The translations under genes and the position numbers were made by a program. This document shows positions 37,401 through 50,527 of a stretch of 64,000 bases of DNA, in pieces. Position 1 is the stretch's first letter; every line of letters begins with the position of its first letter. Below the pieces are notes generated by a model, which had not been told where the DNA came from, searched no databases, and was given only the letters and a program-made list of their open reading frames with translations. The DNA is from Paraspadella gotoi (lineage: Eukaryota > Animalia > Chaetognatha). The stretch lies in NCBI GenBank assembly GCA_051294375.1, contig CM119264.1, positions 360,726 through 424,725 of the forward strand. The letters run 5' to 3'.

Positions 37401-38650
37401 TCGTCATATCGTACTGTTTGGGCATGAGGACTGATGACGACGAAATGACAACAGACGATGACGACGCGAACAACGATGAAGAAGAAGACGACGGAGCGAT
37501 GAAGACAGGGACGACGATGAAGACGACGATGATAGATCTGAGGATGAAGAACGAGCGACAAACGAGGAAGGAGCGAGATAGAGGCGTACAAAATATGACC
37601 AAGGATGACCAATGACGGCGACGATGATGCGATAAATACGGATGACTGAGGCGATGAAGGACAAACTACGATGAGTGAATGATGAAGAGATGATGAAGAT
37701 GATGATGGATCGATGATTCGATGATGATGATGTCAGATGATGATTGATGAACGATGACGATGAAGGCGGACGACGATCGATGACGACAACGACACGGCGA
37801 TAAAGACTACGACGATTGAAGAGACGACTGAGATGAAAAGCGACACGATGAAGACGAACGAAGCGATTCGCCGCCATATAACCATTGTATTCTCTTCGAT
37901 TGATAGAATTCGCGTCGATTATGTCGTTAGTGGTAGGAGAAGAAGGGGAGGGGAGAGAGAGGGGCCTAGAGAGAGAGAGCAGAAGAGAGAAGAGAGAGAG
38001 AGAGAAGAAGGAGGTGAGGGCATGGAGAGAGAGAAGAGGAGGAGATGAGAACGACAGGAAAGAGAGAGAGAGTGAGCAGGATAGAGAGAAGAGACGAGAG
38101 ACAAGCGAGANNNNNNNNNNNNNNNNNNNNNNNNNGAGAGAGAGAGAGAAAGAAAGGGAGGGAGAGAGGAGAGGGAGAGGGAGAAAGAGAGAGAAAGATT
38201 AAAAAAGAAAGAAAGAGATAGAAAAGTAACGGAGAGAGACAGAAACAGAAACAGAATCAGTAAAAAAAAAAGAAAGAGAATAAAAGCATGGAAAATTAGC
38301 GATAAAAGAAAAAAAATTACTAGATTGGGAGAGGGAGAGCAATAGCGACAGCGAGACACAAAAGACAAAATGATGAGAAGGAAAAATCTAATTAAGATAG
38401 AAAATCGCATCCACGCCTGATTTCATTACATCTTGTGAAGAGAGAGAGAGAGAGAGANNNNNNNNNNNNNNNNNNNNNNNNNNNNNNNNNNNNNNNNNNN
38501 NNNNNNNNNNNNNNNNNNNNNNNNNNNNNNNNNNNNNNNNNNNNNNNNNNNNNNNNNNNNNNNNNNNNNNNNNNNNNNNNNNNNNNNNNNNNNNNNNNNN
38601 NNNNNNNNNNNNNNNNNNNNNNNNNNNNNNNNNNNNNNNNNNNNNNNNNN

Positions 38651-38685
<35 letters not shown>

Positions 38686-39030
38686 AACAAGGCTGTGCTG
38701 GCGGCATCAGAGCAGAAAATGGATTTGCCTCCTATTTTTATGAGGTTCATTCAAAATGACCCAAAGGAATTCGATATATTGATTTTTTTTTTAAACTTTT
38801 TCCTTATTCACGATGAAAGTCTGAGATTTGAATAATAGTTTTCATAATCAATTTTAAGAAAAAGCGACTTATGATCATTTTGTAGGACATCAACTCTCGT
38901 TGTCGTTCGTCGCTCTCAACTTCCTTTTGTAAAAGTGTTTAAAAGTATAAACAATAAATATATGTTTATAAACATTATTGTTTGTTATAATTCCATTTAT
39001 ATGTTTTAATTATGTTTTCCTTTCATACAG

Positions 39031-39328
39031 ATTGTGATAATATTAATTAGCCATCGTCGGGGTTTAGTATTGGTTTATTATTGGTTTGGTGCTGGTTTCG
39101 TAAGTGTATTACTCATATGTCATTCTACATCCATTCTATGTGCTTAGCTATTGAATAGGCGGAGCTTACCTGAGAGATCATTTATATTCTGATTGTATAC
39201 CGATGCTTGCTTTTGCTTACCTCCAGTTCTAGTTTACGTTTGTTCCCAAAGACTCGCGTTTCAACCAGCGTTATTGATAATCTCAGAAGGGTGAGCAAGA
39301 GACGGAAAACTCCGCTCATCAATTATAA
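39031..39328 (+). CDS. Possible terminal exon of a hydrophobic membrane protein (frameshifted, unidentified)
   Basis: ttcatacag acceptor at 39030, then hydrophobic codons and a basic tail (DNLRRVSKRRKTPLINY). No continuous frame. Confidence 0.2.
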
Positions 39329-39901
39329 TCTATCAGTTATTATCAGTTATTATAATTTTATGATACTGTTTTTTTACCATTGTTCACCTAAGTTAGTTAA
39401 AACCCTACGTGTTGATGTTTCGCACCTAATCAGCCATTGAAAAAACTTTTGTTCACACTTTTGCGCAAATTGCAAAAATATTTCAGATGTGGATTGTGGA
39501 GTAAATGGAAAAGTGTAGGAATATTTAGAATATTTGAATTTTAAGAATTTAAGGGGCGTTCTGAGAAAATAAGGCCTAAAAAAGGCATTTTGTTTAAAGA
39601 ATAATTCTCATTTATTTTAAAGAGCTCAAGATCCTATATACATTTTTTCTATGTACATTTATTCGAGCGATTTATTGTTTGGTATTATTAATCTAATAAA
39701 CAACCTGTAATAAATATTTTTTTTGCAATAACTATGACCTTTTCCTAGAAATCCAGGATCGGCTTTCATTATTGGTTTTCATCGATCAAGACGATGATCA
39801 GGTTTTTGATTTTCCCAAAGATTTTCTGGTTTTTGTGTTTATTTCACGTTTCTAAACAGGTAATTATAGTTTTGTGAAAAATTAGCCAAGGTTTCATTAG
39901 A

Positions 39902-40294
39902 AACAAGTTTGAGCAAATGCCGTATGTGCCCATTTATATTTAATATAAAAAAGTCTAATCAATGAGAAAAAGAAGTTTTTTTTTCATTTAACTCATTTCC
40001 ACTAGGACGATTCCAGCGAAACTTAATTTCTTGCTCAATCACACACTTTTCTACCCACATACAAAATTACAAGTATATCGCCCCATACAATCATGAGTAA
40101 TTGGTGTTCAAATCTAAGGGAAACCAACGGACAGACAGACAAACGGATGGACATCGATTTTTTTGCATCATTTATCAGAATTCGATGTTCTGACATCATT
40201 TAAGTAACTTACCGACAAGATTGTGGGGGCCGACCGATGGACTGACAAAATGAATTATAGAGTCAGAATCTGTTTAACAGGTCCGGCTAAAAAC
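39902..40294 (-). mobile_element. Short HINE/DINE-1-like copy
   Basis: Family 3' end reversed at 39901-39930 (aaacaagtttgagcaaa), core at 39985-40090, (gaca/ggac)n microsatellite at 40128-40152, and 5' hairpin reversed at 40261-40290. Confidence 0.7.
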
Positions 40295-40298
40295 AAGT

Positions 40299-40642
40299 TG
40301 TAGCGGTAGTATTTCATACCCCGTTACTCGTCCGAGAATCGTCAGAGGTAGCACGAGCTCCTCCCAACCCAAAGGACTCGGCTTTTCGCCCTGCTTTTTC
40401 ACACAATAAAGTGCGATGGGGCGTCTAAACCACCTGTAGTGATAGACGACAGCCCTATCCAAAGTTCGGGATCTTGTGTGCAACGGATGGTGAACTGCAC
40501 GCGGCATCGTCTTCCACATTGGATCACGTCGGGCTCACGTAAACCTCAGTCCTTTGAGTTTGGAGGAGCTCGTGCTACCTCCGGCGCCAGAGGTGCTGCT
40601 GATTGTCAGACGAGTAACGGGGTATGAAATACTACCGCTACA
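40299..40642. mobile_element. 344-bp MITE with TGT...ACA termini and a 4-bp TSD (Ginger-type signature)
   Basis: Perfect 34-bp TIR tgtagcggtagtatttcataccccgttactcgtc at 40299-40332 and 40609-40642. A second inner inverted repeat at 40345-40378 and 40548-40581. AAGT is duplicated on both sides (40295-40298, 40643-40646). Confidence 0.9.
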
Positions 40643-41102
40643 AAGTAATATTAAGTTATTAAATACGTTTTTAATGGTAATTAAATGAAATAAGTTAACT
40701 TAAGATACTTTTAAAATTTTCTTGATACCTTTTACTAAATCCTGAAAGAGAGAGCATAATATTATCATTGTATTGCGGCAAGTTCAAGCATATGAGCATG
40801 ATACCTTCAGTTTGACACAGTGGCTAATCGAGTAATACCATCAGCTCATGACCATTAGGTACAATTAGGTTTCTACCCTAATTTAAGCTTGATGACGGCC
40901 ATCAACCACCTTGGGGGTGTGGTAAATCCTCAAGCCTGGTTCCAAGCCCAGGACCCGTTCCATGGCTTTTAGAGGGGCTTAAAGTTGTGGATAGAACTAT
41001 TCAGACTATTTAGCGCCTCATCCACAATATTACGGTTCTTTGTAAGTCATCAACTTGAATTTTATTTCCTTTTTTCAAAATTAACAACTCTTTTATCCCC
41101 AG

Positions 41103-44100
41103 TTTATTGATAAAGACTTCATCAAGCAATGTTGGAATTGCAACGTCTCAATCGCAGAGGATTCCGTCAATTCCTCAATCAGAGCAAGAGACGAAGATGG
41201 CAGCAGTTGTCTTCATGAAGCAGCGGCCGCTCTTTGCCTCCATCTGGTGGATGACCTGATACAATTGGGGGCAGTTGTGAATGAGAGAGACAGGTAAAAT
41301 TGTTTTACTAGACTAGGTTAATGGGTCTACTGGTTTCAGTTAACATTGTTTTTCAGTCATTTAGCGGTTTTTAGGTACTAGCAGTTCAATAAACCAGTTT
41401 TAGTTTCAAAAATTGCAAGATTATTTGTTTTACTATATTAGACTAAATTATACTAAATTTTAAAACAAATAAAAAATTCAAACATTTGATTTAAGTGTTA
41501 AATTTAATTTTTATTTAATTCATTTCATATTTATAAACGTAATGGGGAGATGGATGTTAGTGTCACCGTAAGTATTTGATACTGATTTACTCACCGGCAG
41601 CATAAAAAAGGATTTTATTGTAAATTGTAGGACCACAGTATGATTAATCATAATTTTAACCCCAGAACTCTTTTTTCAGGGTAGGAACTAAGAAAATTAT
41701 TAGTAGTAATCTTACATCTACTAAGCGCCTAATTAACAGAGTATGGTGGACTAAAATCTACCAACCGTTCATCAGCGGCCATTGGTGCCGGAGGCAAGTC
41801 ATTCGCCTCCCAACCCAAAAGTCCGTGGTTCTAGCCCGGTGGTCGCCTGGCAGTTAAGAGGGACGGGGCGCTTAACCCGCCTGTAACACAGTGTTACAGC
41901 CTGATCCGAAGCTCAGGGACTGCTTATATTGAACGGTTCTGTCACTAACACATAACAATAATTACTGTCTCTTCAAGAGCTTAACCAAATCATCGTTCAT
42001 ATCTTTGTTACAAGAATGAGCCTTTCATAGACCTAACTACATCGCCCACCACAGATTCGGCGCAACTCCTCTGCTTAAAGCCTTCTCTGGTGCCGTATCC
42101 AGATCCGGACCCGAGGGGAATCTTCTCCCAGTCGCTCGTCGACTTCTCTCTGCGCCAACCGTAGACATTAACGCCCCCAACCGGTTTGGAACGACGGTGC
42201 TCAGAGAAGCCCTCGTCTTTTATCAACGACACGAGTCGCCGCAAGTGTTGGTGGAACTGGTCGCTAGCGGAGCTGATGTTGCTGTTGCTAAGACAACGGC
42301 TCCGAGATGGGATTCGTTCAGAAAAGACTGGGAGAAGAATTTGAAGAATGATAAAGTTAAGGAAGCGTTGAAGAGAGGTTTGATAGGTAAGAGGACAAAA
42401 TGGATAGATCACCAGTGGCTGCGCCAATATATGTAAGTTGCTTTCAAGGGTTTAAACTGAACTGTTACTGCGGCAAAACTAATATTTTGTTACTTGAAAT
42501 TACTTTTTATAAATTAGTATTTTGGATATTTTTTTCTTTCAACTATTTTGCCTGCATGATTTTGTCAACCTGCATCATTTTTTAAACTTGCATATTTTTT
42601 TCAAAGAGAAAAATATACCCGTCTGATGTATTAACTAGATAGGTTGCTACAAAGACAAAGTATCTATAGTCTTGTATGTATGTATTTACCGCATAAAAAT
42701 TGAAAACAAAAATTTAACAGTTTAATAAATTGATTCACCCACTGGATGAGACTACTCCATGTTAAGTTATCTCTGAACTTAATAATCACGGGTCTATCTC
42801 TTAGAAAGAATGGCGATCCCCTCTCTTGTCATCTAATTTACAGAATTTTGCTCCTCCTGTTTGAACGCTACGTGCACAGTGGATGACGACTCTGTCCGGT
42901 GCAACTGTGCCAAAGGATGGAAGGGAAAGACGTGCGAATTACGTAAGAAGCAAAAGATAATTGGTAGGATAAAGAGTTTTAAGTGAAGGAGAAAAAAATC
43001 TCGTTAAGGGAGATTTAAGATGAGGAGGGAACCTCATTTGTGAGTTGGTTATTTTGTGAGAACGTGTTCGGAGAAAAAAATGATCAGATTTTAGTGATTA
43101 CATTTGCCATGCGCGATGTTGGCAAAACTTTGGCAGTCTTTAAGTCCTTTTAACAACCTTAAGTATTTGTGTCTCCTAGTTGTTATTGCAATTAAAAAAG
43201 GTGGTCATGATTCAGCAACTTGGCGCATTCCGTACAGTTTAATCTTTACTTTTGCATTTTGCTGCCATTCAATAGACTGTAGTCATTTAAAGTATTTCTT
43301 TTTTTATTTCAGCAACCTGTTCTTCATGCTTTGATGAATCCTGCATGTTTGATGGCAACAGAGATGATTGCAATTGTTCATTGGAACAGCGCAACAATTA
43401 TTGTAGAAAAAGTGAATATTTATTATATTTTATTTTGGGTCACTTGAGCGGTTAAAATATTTTTAAAATTTGATGTTAAATAATAATCCTTTTTTTTAAA
43501 TTGCCTTGTTACAACCATGAAATTGACATTTTTATTTACAGATGGAACATATTGTAAACTAGATCCCTGTAAGGAAAAGGGAATATGTTTATATACTGAT
43601 GGTTTACCTTCTTGTAATTGCAGTTTTGGTTGGATAGGAAAATTTTGTAATCAAGGTGATCAATTTAAAATTGATATCATCATCGTTCATAATGAAATCA
43701 TATCAAAAAAGCATTTTAACTTTGTGTTGTATAGATGCTCCCTCTATTTCCAAAAAAACAACACTAACATTCCTTTCCCCATTCTAAAATACAAAACTTT
43801 AAATAAGCCTGTTATATTATAGCTTTATATTTATATTTATAAATCTGGCACTTTATTGTTGAAAAAATATAATACAATGGAATCAAAAGACTTTTAATTT
43901 ATATCAATTTTCATATCATGACCTCCAGATCCCAACTGGCAGGTAATCAGCTCTCATTTACCATTTTGTCTCCACTTTTCAGATTCTCCGTGTCCGACTC
44001 CACGGCTCGGCTCAGAATTCTCTAACCCCGTGGGTATTCGGCCTGAATGTCGCCATTTTTCCAAAAAGGAAACTCTGACGCGCTGTTGCCAGGAAGGATA

Positions 44101-47100
44101 TTTCTCAGAAATGTCGGATTCCCTCATCTGCGACTTAAACCGGACATCAAAATCCATTAAGTGGAAAGGATTTCTGTCCTGTTTAACTTACGTCACCAAA
44201 TACAAAGGAGATCGAGCTTTCATTGGTGGAGACAATCAGCAATGCTGGAAAGATGGAGAGCGTTTGAGTGGAAATGAAAATAAAGATGGAAATCGCTGGT
44301 GTGGAAATGAAAATAAAGATGGAAATCGCTTGAGTGGAAATGAGATTAAAGATGGAAAGCGCTTGAGTGGAAGTGAGATTAAAGATGGAAAGCGCTTTAG
44401 TGGAAAGGAGATTAAAGATGGAAAGCGCTTGAGTGGAAGTGAGATTAAAGATAGAAAACGCTTTAGTGGAAACGAGATTATTTTTGATGCAAAAAAAACC
44501 AGCTTCGTTTACGTCGAGTGTAAAGGGGAAAATGAGAGGAGGGCCTTTTCTTACCTGGTTTGCGCCTATTCAACTGAACAAAGCTCACTTGTAATGTTGA
44601 GCGGTGGGTTGATAATAATATTGTTGGTGGCATTTTGTTTGTTGCAAAGGGGAAAAAAATATTGGGTAAAGGTTGCGATTGTCTCGAACGGAGATAATAA
44701 AAATAACCAGGGAAGAACTAATATATTTACAAAATTAAATTTAATTGATGAAAATAAACTTCTCATAATCCAAGATTACTGTAAACTATTGGCTTCTGTA
44801 TTAATACCAATTCAAAGTTTGGTGTTGTACACAGTGGACGTCGGCTCCGACTGGGTTTCTGTACTCGTTTATGCCCAAAGAGGCTTTTCTTTCTTTTCCC
44901 TATTGACGCTGAGTTTTGTGTTACTCTGTTTATTTGTCAACTTTATTTTTGGGACTTTGATGTTTCTCAATCACCGACATCTTTATCCACGATTGTCCAG
45001 TACTGATGGAAGGAGTGTTTTATTCTTTGTTGCCTTTTTGATCAACATGGGACCCGCGTTGTTGATGTACGACATTGTCAGAGATCGAGTAGACAAGTGG
45101 AAGCGAACAAGGCACGGGTCTCAAGAAGAAGAAAGAAATCAAAGAGACTCAACCGAGTTTAAGCTGAAAAACTTGGAGAAACTTAGCTTAGTTGAACTTT
45201 TCTGTGAAGGCGTTGGTCAAACAATGTTGCAGCTCTTTATACTTAGCTATTCTCTCGGAAGAGAATTGTTATTTGTTCCCAAAAACATTGAGATAATTTT
45301 ACAGAGTAAACTTTGGTCCAACGTTCAGATTGATAAAATTAACGATTATGGACAGGTAATTGCACTAAAGTTAAGTGTACAATGAAATCTGAGATTTTTG
45401 TCCACCCAAATGAAAAAATCATCTTACAGGTTCGCGGCACTGTCGACCATTGCAACAGCTGGACCGCCCAAGGACCCCATCATTGCTGGACAGCTCAGTA
45501 CAGTGATCAAATGCGGCCTACTTTATTGTGTCGCATCGCGGATTGTGGAAACGAGTCAGCTTTTTCTGATGCAACAATTTGGTTGCCACTGATTCAATTG
45601 TCAACGAGCATAATTCAGTTTGGATTTGCTACAGTCCATCGCTTTTATCGTCCAAATCTTCAATGTTTAGCCTCTTATCGCTCGAACCTCAAAGTCATTG
45701 GCTTTTATCTCATCTTCATTCCTTTTATTTCATATTCATTCTTCTCTTCGGTAATTCTTTCTGCGTTTATGGGCGTGTCCCTCTCTTCATTGATGTCCAA
45801 TCAGAATTTCAGACTCTTGACCGGATTTGCGTTGGTGGCATCAGTTCCTCGTGTTGTTCTTGGTGATGTCTTGCAACAGGTAGCTTGAATTATGATATTT
45901 TAGATATTATGCAATACATATTACAATTGTGACATTTTATAAATATTGTACCACTTCATTGATAGGGAAGCCATTTACTCTGGGAGTGAATAACCAGACT
46001 GTTAGGGCGTCTTGATTGAAAGCTTACAGGGACCTGCTATGTCATTATCTTGTAAGAGTGATGGAGGCCTTAAACCACCGAAGTATGTCCAAAGTCAGGG
46101 CGCAGAGATAACTTATTTATTAAATGATTTGATAATTTTTATTTTGGTTGTAGCCATTTCATATATTTTATTGGTTGTGCCCATTTCAAATGTATTTCCC
46201 AATTTTTGAAGATACAATGATGATAAAGCTTTAAAAAATAGATTATACACACAATTATGGAATTGAATTTCAGATAAAACCACAATGGAAACGTTCTACA
46301 GCTTTGTGGGTTTGGAAGCTGCTTGGACCATATTCTGGATTTTTACTTTATTTCGCCGTTGCTGTTTATTATCATCTGACCAAAGGCTGTGCATCAATTC
46401 CGCAGCATCGACTTACATTATACAGAGATGCCACAAACATTTATTATGAAGCCCCTTCTTCTTGGGACTCTGCACTGAAGATCTATGTACGTATTGTTAA
46501 TTACAAGTTACACATGACACCTTCAGTCAGCTTATGACTCTTAGGTACAGAGATCGATCACTCATGGTACCTACTCTTTTGGAAGCGTGAGGGGGCCTGG
46601 AAAAACTCCAAGCCTGATTTAAAGCCTGATGTAAAGCCTGATTCCAAGGCTGCAAGAGGGGATGGAAGAAGTTGCAGATAATCATCCTCAGCCCACTTAG
46701 CGCCTTATCCACAAGTTTTACTGTTATGTTGTAATGACAAAATTTGTTCAAGAGATGCTTCATTAGATGATGCCTTTAACAGTTCATCAGTTTTTGTTCA
46801 GCTGATCCCTTTAGCTGAGGGTTTTATGCAACATCCCTGCTACTCAGCGTTCTGGCTTTTGTTCCATCTACTTAATTTTGTTGCACAGTTAGGTCAGGTT
46901 TTGCCACACAAATGGTAGGAGGTGGATGTCAAAGTTCTAAATCTTCCATGCCTTACAAGCAATTTTAGCCAAATGCTAATTGTGAAATTGATCTAAAAAG
47001 ATTATTTGTTTAAATAATATTATATCAAAAGCAGTTGTCTTAAACAAGACCAGAGAAAAAAACGTGCCAATGATCCAGATCCATATGATTTAGATCCAGA

Positions 47101-47400
47101 TAACAAAAAAGTATTATTGAATCATTTTGTAAATAACCCAAACAAATTTTTTCACTTCAGTATGAAAATGGCGCTGATTCCCTCGGTCTAAATCCGATGC
47201 CAATAGACAAACTTCGCAACAAGACTGAAATCGAGGAAGCCTTTCAAGTTAGGGCTGACTTTGATTTCTTCGCTGGGATGCACGATTTCTTCGGAGTCGC
47301 TTGCGTCGTCGATGTCATCCTCTCTGCCATCGCCTTTGGATACTTTTATGGGGTCATGGATCCGTGGACAACGATCGGGGGGAATAGGAAAGGGGGTTAG
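41103..47400 (+). CDS. Multi-exon gene: ankyrin repeats + 3 EGF-like domains + 11-aa repeats + TM + XK-related multipass membrane domain (5' start unresolved)
   Basis: Phase-compatible GT-AG exons: 41103-41293 (RDEDGSSCLHEAAAALCLHLVDDLIQLGAVVNERD), 42055-42386 (RFGATPLLKAF, one frameshift, then VDINAPNRFGTTVLREAL), 42844-42942 (CSSCLNATC..CNCAKGWKGKTC), 43313-43411, 43542-43655 (CKLDPCKEKGIC..CNCSFGWIGKFC), 43983-45355, 45430-45879, about 46006-46191 (weak acceptor), 46274-46486 and 47161-47400. XK-like motifs: LYTVDVGSDW, LVELFCEGVGQTMLQLFI and terminal YFYGVMDPW. Confidence 0.8.
44252..44482 (+). repeat. Coding 33-bp minisatellite, 7 copies of DGKRLSGNEIK
   Basis: In-frame tandem units gatggaaagcgcttgagtggaaatgagattaaa within the large exon. 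Confidence 0.95.
46525..46740 (+). repeat. Dispersed intronic repeat, related copy at 40840-41045
   Basis: Shared ends: tcagct(t/c)atgac..ttaggtaca and ttagcgcct(t/c)atccacaa..tgtaa. Confidence 0.55.
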
Positions 47401-47830
47401 ATAGGAAAGGGGGTTAGATAGGAAAGGGGGTTAGATAGGAAAGGGGGTTAGATAGGAAGGGGGTTAGATAGGAAAGGGTGTTGGATAGGAAAGGGGATTA
47501 AATAGGATAGGGGGTTAGATAGGAAAGGGGGTAGATAGGAAAGGGGGTTAGATAGGAAAGGGGTTAGATAGGAAAGGGGGTTAGATAGGACAGAGGGTTA
47601 GATAGGAAAGGGGTTAGATATGAAAGGGGTTAGAAAGGAAAAGGGGTTGGATAGGAAAGGGAGTTAGATAGGAAAGGGGTTAGATAGGAAAGAGGGTTAG
47701 ATAGGAAAGGGGATTAGATAGGATAGGGGGTTAGATCGGAAAGGGAATTAGATAGGAAAGGGGATTAGATAGGATAGGGGGTTAGATCGGAAAGGGGGTA
47801 AGATAAGAAAGAGGGTGAGATAGGAAAGAG
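47384..47830. repeat. 16-17-bp G-rich minisatellite (ttagataggaaaggggg)
   Basis: About 26 tandem units beginning inside the last codons of the XK-like gene. Confidence 0.95.
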
Positions 47831-48609
47831 CGAAAAAGTGGGGTGCAGTGGACTTAAGGGCAGAAAGCGATGGGGTTGAGGGTGAACGTTTGGGATTGAA
47901 ATTAACATCGATGATATGAAAAGATTGATAAAGATGGAAAGAGGAAAGTGAAAAAAGTGAAACTAATTTCAGATCGTAATAAGAAGTTAGCTCGGCATCA
48001 GGTGACTGTTCTTGGCGTCTGTACAGTTGATAATAGTTATTTAATCTCAAAATGAAACTCACTGATTTAAAACATTCAAAAAATCTTAAAAGGAAACTAC
48101 CCAGATATCCAACAGAACCACTTTTTTTTCTAAATCACTACTCAAAAATTAATTCTCCATTTTGAGGAAGAAAAGAAAATCTGGATTCTTGAAATCTGAA
48201 AGGAAAAATTCCTAGCTCAACTTTGTCCCAAGTTTATTAAAATATGACAAAATTAGTTTGACTGCTAGGAAGGTTTTTGTAAAATTGGGTCACTTGACAA
48301 TTAACATTTATGTAACATCCGTGTCAAGTAATTTTATCTCTCTCAATATATTGTCAATTCATCTTCAATAGTCCATTGTCCCCCCGAAGCTCAGGTCGTT
48401 TCCATGTAGACCCTACTGTATGTATGTGTGTATTTCTAACAACTGGTCTCTTGTTTACTTTTTTGCACCAAATAAATTCGTTGCCAAGACTCATTTTGTT
48501 CGATTGATCTCATAAAAAACTCCATCTGCCATCGACGCCTTTTGGAACGAGGCAAAACGCCCACTCTCTCTCTCTCTCTCTCTCACTCTCTCTCTCTTCT
48601 CTCTCCGTT

Positions 48610-49488
48610 TTTAGTCGGATCTGCTTTTCAGCAGATCCGACTCTATAATTCACTTGTCGCTCCGTCGGTTTAGTCGGGCATTCACTTATATCATGTCAGA
48701 ATATCAAATTATGATAAATTATGCAAAAAAACTATATGCGTCCGTCCGTTCATCCGTCTGTCCCACCTGAGCAAAAAACTCCCATTACTCGTTATTGGAT
48801 GGATGAAGTGGAATGAAATGTTGTGTGTGGGTAGGAAAGTGTGTAATTGAGCTGCATATGAGGTTTCAATGGAATCGTCCAAGTGGAAATGAGTTTAAAT
48901 GGAAAAAACAAAAAATATATTTCACTATTTAAACACTAAATACTCATGAGTGGAGGGGGCAATTGACTTGAAATTTTGTATGTGGGTAGCAAAGTGTGTG
49001 TTGAAGCTGGAAATCAAGATTTGATGGAATCGTTTGAGTGGAAATGAGTTTAAATGGAAAAAAAACAAAAAACCTGTTTCACTAATTAATTATGCTTATT
49101 TTTATTTTATATTAAATGTAAATATAAGATGTAATAATTGATCAAATAATTAATCAGTTAATTAATCAATTAGTTAATTATTTAATCAATAATTAATTAA
49201 TCAATTAGTCAATATTAATTATTCAATTAATCAAATTATTTATTAATTAATTAATTATTTATCAATCAATGAAACAATGAATCAATCAATCAATCAATTC
49301 AATCAATCAGGTCAATTGTCATCGGCATTATTGTTGTCGTCGCCATCATCGTCGTTGTTGCTTTTGTCGTGGTCAGTGACAAAAAGACCTAAAAACAATC
49401 ATTTCGGATCAAAATAATTAATTTTAATTATTAATTAATTACCGCTAATGATCGTGGGCAGATCCGACATTGTTTGCTCAAACTTGTT
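48610..49488 (+). mobile_element. Complete HINE/DINE-1-like non-autonomous Helentron
   Basis: Perfect 5' hairpin agtcggatctgct-tttc-agcagatccgact (48613-48642), (ccgt/ctgt)n microsatellite at 48739-48762, two core repeats, 3' subterminal inverted repeat gcagatccgac (49458-49468), small hairpin gtttg-ct-caaac (49472-49483), T runs at both ends and no TSD. Confidence 0.85.
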
Positions 49489-49994
49489 TTCTTTCCTTCT
49501 TTCTGTCATTTTTTTCTTGCCCTGACATTTCTTGAATACTTTTTGTCATTTCTTGTCATTTTTTCTTCTTTTCTTCGATTCTTGCTGTCGTCGTATCTTT
49601 AATTCTTTCTTTCTTTCCTACCCCTCTCTATCCTTCCTTTCTTCTCTTATCTCCTCTCTCTCCCTGTCCCTCTTTTCTTTTCTTATCTCCTCTCTCCCTC
49701 TATCTTTCCTTTCTTTTCTTATCTCCTCTCTCTCTCTGTCCTTCCTTTCTTCTCTTATCTCCTCTCTCTCTTCTTTCCTTCCTCTCTCTCTCTCTTTCTC
49801 TCTTTCTCTCTCTCTTTCTCTCTCTCTCTCACTTTCCTTTTTTTCCTCTTTCTCCCCAAGCCAAAGAATTTATTATAACTAAGGCCATAGGATTTTCGTC
49901 CGATGAAAAAGGCGTCCCGTTTAACCTCTGCGAATAAAACATTTACGACGTCTGTCGACCTCCACTTCATTTCCGTCCTACGAGGAAAAAGCAA

Positions 49995-50180
49995 AACTCC
50001 GCCCTTCGCCATTTCTAAGAAATCCCAATGCCCTCCATTTCTTCGCCCTTTGCCATTTCTAAGAATTCCCAATGTCCTCTATTTCTCCGCCCTTTGCCAT
50101 TTCTAAGAAATCCCAATGCCTTCTCTTTCTCCGCCCTTCGCCATTTCTAAGAAATCCATCGCTTTTTCTCCGCCTTTGAC
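49995..50180. repeat. Approximately 43-bp minisatellite (core cgccctttgccatttctaagaaatcccaatg)
   Basis: 4-5 tandem units. Confidence 0.85.
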
Positions 50181-50527
50181 ATTGTTTATGGAATGTAGAA
50201 ATTCCGACACGAGGCACACCGTGGTAGTCACCGCGGCTCAGTTTGCGTATGCTACGTGTACGGGCCATTTCCATTGTCTAAGAAGATCGTCGCTTTTCAA
50301 ACACCTACGACCTCAATTGATACCTCCCTCATCTCTTTCCCCCGAAATCGCTTTGTCAACTCATTCTCTCTTTTCATCGCGACTCGATACGATTGTAACT
50401 ATGAAATTGGTACAAATGTTATTTTAATAAAATATTAATTCTTTGCACATACAAAATTTTTTGAAAATACTTAATATTCCATAAAAACTTTAGTTTAACA
50501 AGTTTTTATATTTAAATAAATTTTTTT

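Noticed and set aside
41103-43655. Notch/LIN-12 orthologue
   Set aside because: The domain order is reversed (ankyrins before EGF), there are only three EGF-like units, no LNR repeats are seen, and the C-terminus is multipass.
43517-45888. ORFs 43517, 44030 and 45382 as separate genes
   Set aside because: They are exons of one spliced gene with compatible GT-AG phases, and their ORF starts and ends lie in introns or mid-exon.
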